A stretch of DNA of 64,000 nucleotides from an uncultured cyanobacterium (GTDB lineage: Bacteria; Cyanobacteriota; Cyanobacteriia; Cyanobacteriales; Cyanobacteriaceae): positions 320,001-384,000 of the forward strand of contig CAVVOP010000021.1 in the NCBI GenBank assembly GCA_963749915.1, given 5' to 3'. This document shows, in pieces, positions 60,220 through 64,000 of the stretch. The translations under genes and the position numbers were made by a program. Position 1 is the first letter of the stretch. Each line of letters starts with the position of its first letter. The notes under the pieces were generated by a model, which saw nothing but the letters and a program-made list of their open reading frames with translations, had not been told where the DNA came from and made no database searches.

Positions 60220-62138
60220 TTAAAAAGAGTTGAGAATATTCAGTTTAGAACGCCAGTCCTCATCATAGCGAAAAATTAATACATAGAAATTAGCATTGTA
60301 TTTCAGGTTTTCTCTTTGAATACGATCGCTTTCTTGTTGTTCAGGATGTTCATGAATACTACCATCACAAAAAATAGCTACTTTGGCATCTATGTAAACA
60401 AAGTCAGGCTTGACATTTACTTCGGGAATTAACATTTGAGCAGAATCAGGGAGTTTAATTCCTTGTTGATATAATTGGGCTAAAAACTCCCTTTCAAAAT
60501 CTGAATTAGGATCAGTTTGAGCTAATAATTTTTGATACTGTGCCTCACGGGAATTACCTTGACTATGACGATCGATGTTACTATTTGTTAGTTGTTCTAG
60601 GTAAGGACGAATAAGATGGCGGTTTAATAAACGTTCTGATGCTAATTCGTTTTCTTCTAATTTATAGACTCCTTGAATAGCTCTTTCTAGGGCATATTGA
60701 AAACTGGCTAAAAATGATTCTGAGTTATCTTTAGGTATTTGTAATGGTTCCACCAATAAAACATTACAGGTGTCTTCCACCAATAAATGCACTTCTGTTT
60801 GTAAAGTGTTCATTTCTTCGGGTGTTTTCGCCTCGCCCCAAACACCAGTAGTAACATTCAGTTTAAAACCTCTTTCTTGGCTATTTTTTAAACCTCGATT
60901 AATACGCCAAACATTGGCTGTATCTCCATAAGTTAGCTCCATTATTTTACTGCCGTCATCGGTAGTAACGGTGGCTAATTCTTGCTTACTGCCATTGAAA
61001 CGGAAATGAGTGGTAATATTGTAGCCATATTTAAGTCTTTCTTCCTCATCGCAAGTTATACGTTCTCTTCTACGAGTTAACATGGTATCCATATTGAGAA
61101 CTCGATTTAATTTGGCTGGATTACCATAACTATCGGGAACAATTTTGGTTTGGCAATTTTCACATAAATCTCTTGACCAATCATCTCCTGTATGAAAATA
61201 ACTACAATTGGGGCAAATAGCAACTCTTTTATAATCATCTTCAATTCCCTTGACGGGAATACGAGTTTTATGGAGTTGGAATTTACTGCCCTCATAGTAA
61301 ACGATATTTTGAGGGGCAAATTCTCTAATGGCAACTACACGAGGACGAGAAATAAATTCTCCTTCATCCCCTGCGGGAATATAAGCTCTGACAGGAAGAC
61401 GAGGAAAGTTATAACCGGGGAGAAATCCTTCGGAGGCAAAATAGCGATAGGGATAAAATTCCAATTGACTTTGATGTTTGCCTTGTTTAATTTGTCCTAC
61501 TAATAAGTCAATTTGTCTTTTGGCTTCTCTTTCTAATGCTTCGGCATTGTTTCTTTCCTCTTGAGTTGTGCCGCCTGTGGCTGAGCGATCGATTACTTGA
61601 CGGGATAATTGTAATTGTCTCACTGCATCTTGATAAAGTTTTCTCCAGCGATCGCAAGCATGGTCAAAACTAATTAAAGCGTTATCTAAAGTATCTTTGA
61701 GCCAATCATTACTATACCAAGAAGCTTTTTCTAGATCTTGTCGGCAGAATAAATCTTCTAGAATTAGCTTCGCTGCTTGCAAACAAGCTTGTAATTTAGA
61801 TGGGGTTAAAGTCAATTGACTTTTAACAATCTCTTTCAGAGGATAACCTTCTTGTTCTAAATCAAGAATTTGATTCATCGAGTTTTCTAAGTATAAACCT
61901 GTATGAGCTAACCAGAGAGAGTGAAGGTGGGACTTAATTAGATCTTGATTACCCAATTCTAATTTAGGAGGAACAACAACTCCGGCTACCATTTGTTCTT
62001 GTCGTTTGAAGAAATATTGATCATGCCCACTACCAACTGCTGCATAGGTAATCACTAAAGCCTCTTGTCCACTACGTCCTGCCCTACCACTGCGTTGAGC
62101 ATAATTAGCGGGACTAGGGGGAACATTACGCATATGAA
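60220..62138 (-). pseudogene. C-terminal part of a large DEAD/DEAH helicase (DUF1998-type) with C-terminal DUF559/Vsr-like nuclease
   Basis: Motif VI NYAQRSGRAGR, GFLPGYNFP, CxxC pairs and PDFVY...AIFCDGSIHE; the first ORF codons (MTCGMW) are the IS1634 IR. Confidence 0.82.
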
Positions 62139-63748
62139 CCCACATTCCGCACGTCAAACTGTATAAATTCAGATTACGAGGTTAGAAGTTGAACAGTGAT
62201 TGACTACGACAAGAAATACTCGGTGATTAGTTCTCTAGCTTATAAAGAGAACTCAGATAAATTAGTAGAAAAATGAGCAACGTTTAAGGGATAATTAAAT
62301 TCAGTTTTTAATTTAATTTTGGAAATGATATTTTCAGAAGATATACAAGTTCAAACCATTAATCATTTAGGATTAATTGCTGGAGTTATAGATGAAATTG
62401 GCATTGAAGAAATTATTAATGATGCCCTCGGTATTGACGAGAGGGAAATGGTGACAGCAGGTCAAATAGTCAAAGCAATTATTCTGAACGGATTAGGATT
62501 TATTTCTCGACCTCTTTATCTATTTCCACAGTTTTTTAAAGACAAAGCCACAGAACATTTAATCGGAAAAGGAATACTACCTGAGCATTTGAACGATGAT
62601 TGCTTTAGCCACAGTAAAAAAATATAATATCAACATAGATTTTTCTCATTTAGATTCAACTTCTTTTGCGGTAGAGGGGAAATATAGTCAGGAAAAAATC
62701 ACCAAAAATTTGGTGAAAGAAAATGCAGAATTAGAGTTAATTAATCAAATTCCAATTAAGATAATTAAAGGTTATTCTCGTGACCATCGACCAGATTTAA
62801 AACAATTTATTTTGGATTTAATTGTGAGTGGTGATGGTGATATTCCACTATTTTTAAGAGTAGCAGATGGCAATGAAAATGATAGAGCAGTTTTCGGCAA
62901 AATAGCGAAAGAATACAAATCAATGATAGATTTTGAGACGATGATAGTAGGTGATAGTGCCTTATATACAGAAAATAACCTGAAATTAATGAGTGGAATA
63001 GAATGGTTATCGAGAGTTCCACTATCAATAAAAGAGGCAAAAAATTTAGTTTCAGAACTATCAGAATCTGATTTGACTCCAAGTAGTTTAGAGGGATATT
63101 TATGGTATGAAGTAAGGAATAATTATGCAGAAATTGAGCAGAGATGGTTAATAGTAGAAAGTGAAAAAAGAAAGGCATCAGATTTAGAAAAACTAAGTAA
63201 AAAAATAGAGATCGAAACAATGTCAATGTTGATGGGGTTATGTCTGTTAGTATATTCTTTGGGGCAAAGAGAAGTGCGTCGCTTATTAGAGGAGAGAAAA
63301 ACGGGGATAAAAAATCAGCTAGGAAAACTAACGGAACGTCCAACGTTAAGATGGATATTTCAATGTTTTCAGGGGATTCATTTAGTAATAAATAGAGGAA
63401 TAAAACAGATAGTAAATCTAACAAATGAACGAAAACTAATTTTAAGTTTTTTCCCGATTTCTTGTCATAATTATTATATTTTATCTGGATAACTTATGGG
63501 ATTTAAGAGTCTAAACATTCTCAATTATAATATCATAAATAAAGAATAGAAAACTGATAGATTTGCTCTGTTTATTTATTCTCATTAAAGGTGAAGTTAT
63601 TGACAATGAGATTTTAATTTGAGCAAAGTTCGCGAATACAAAACGCGAATAAAGAAGATATTGAGTATTATTACTTATATTTTGTCCAAAATAAGTTGCT
63701 TGGTTTTAATACTTTTATCATCTTACAAAGTGACGTGCGGAATGTGGG
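62139..63748 (+). mobile_element. IS1634-family element, internally deleted copy 2
   Basis: IR CCCACATTCCGCACGTCA; NHLGLIAG, HLDSTSF, GYSRDHRPDLKQF and GDSALY; deletions near 62600 and 63210. Confidence 0.93.
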
Positions 63749-63761
63749 TTAGAAATCAAGG

Positions 63762-63930
63762 GCGATCGCTTTCTGAAGACGATCGTCAAATGTTTGAAGA
63801 AAGATTATTCTTTAATAATGAAGCAGTTAGCACACAAGATATTATGAACTTAGCCCAAAAAGGTGGCTCTTTTGATTTTCTCAATGAAGAACCAGATATT
63901 TATACCTTAGAAGATGGAGAAGCGATTTAA
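63762..63930 (+). pseudogene. 3' part of an antitoxin-like gene
   Basis: RSLSEDDRQMFEERLFF...GGSFDFLNEEPDIYTLEDGEAI*; no native 5' end, begins at a HIP1 site. Confidence 0.55.
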
Positions 63931-63966
63931 TCTCTCTTAAAAAAGGTGATATTGTTTTAGTTCCTA
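63930..63966 (+). pseudogene. PemK/MazF-like toxin N-terminal remnant
   Basis: (ATC)SLKKGDIVLVP overlaps the upstream stop (TAATC where TAATG is expected) and diverges after VP. Confidence 0.5.
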
Positions 63967-64000
63967 AAAGTACAGGTAAATTTACCCATCAGATTTCACC

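Noticed and set aside
62807..63424. 205-aa minus-strand ORF and similar shadow ORFs (e.g. 1274, 20486, 23729, 36364, 47519)
   Set aside because: Antisense to well-supported genes or transposases, with no recognisable motifs.
63619..63930. 103-aa ORF as a real gene
   Set aside because: Chimeric: the first part is IS1634 terminal DNA and only the part after HIP1 looks like a native protein.

Overview
AT-rich cyanobacterial chromosome window. The abundant HIP1 octamer GCGATCGC, chlD, plqA, a CAAD-containing ValRS and a cyanobacterial-type rRNA operon support this; a unicellular Cyanobacterium/Geminocystis-like lineage is my inference only. Bases 1-46.5 kb are mostly core genome: multicopper oxidase (cut by the window edge), chlD, creatininase, sbcC, lipA, ABC ATPase, a complete 16S-tRNAIle-tRNAAla-23S-5S operon, a methyltransferase, pilB-grpE-dnaK, HAL2 phosphatase-ktrB-ktrA, gltX, a 1.8k-aa kinase/ATPase/GAF/PAS/GGDEF protein, plqA, coaX, tRNA-Thr, valS, frr-pyrH, ferredoxin, ribE, cobA-hemD, tRNA-Gly and a cyclophilin. 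From about 46.5 kb to the end is a rearranged accessory region of IS remnants (two inverted IS1634 copies, IS1182, IS5, IS4, IS982), plasmid-type ParB fragments, two-partner secretion fragments, an intact SNF2 + SWIM pair, orphan antitoxins and a broken DUF1998-type helicase. No CRISPR array was seen. The most distinctive signal is repeated use of the GCGAT^CGC position of HIP1 by several different events. These are 21-25 nt hairpin micro-elements stacked in arrays, an in-frame 24-nt insertion in valS, a 184-bp MITE-like element, and a rearrangement junction next to IS1634. Other notable items are an orphan IS605/TnpB omega-RNA-like right end overlapping the hemD stop codon, an orphan tRNA-Ala 3' half, and a probable pseudokinase fused to a diguanylate cyclase. 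All calls come from reading the sequence by eye; no searches were run.
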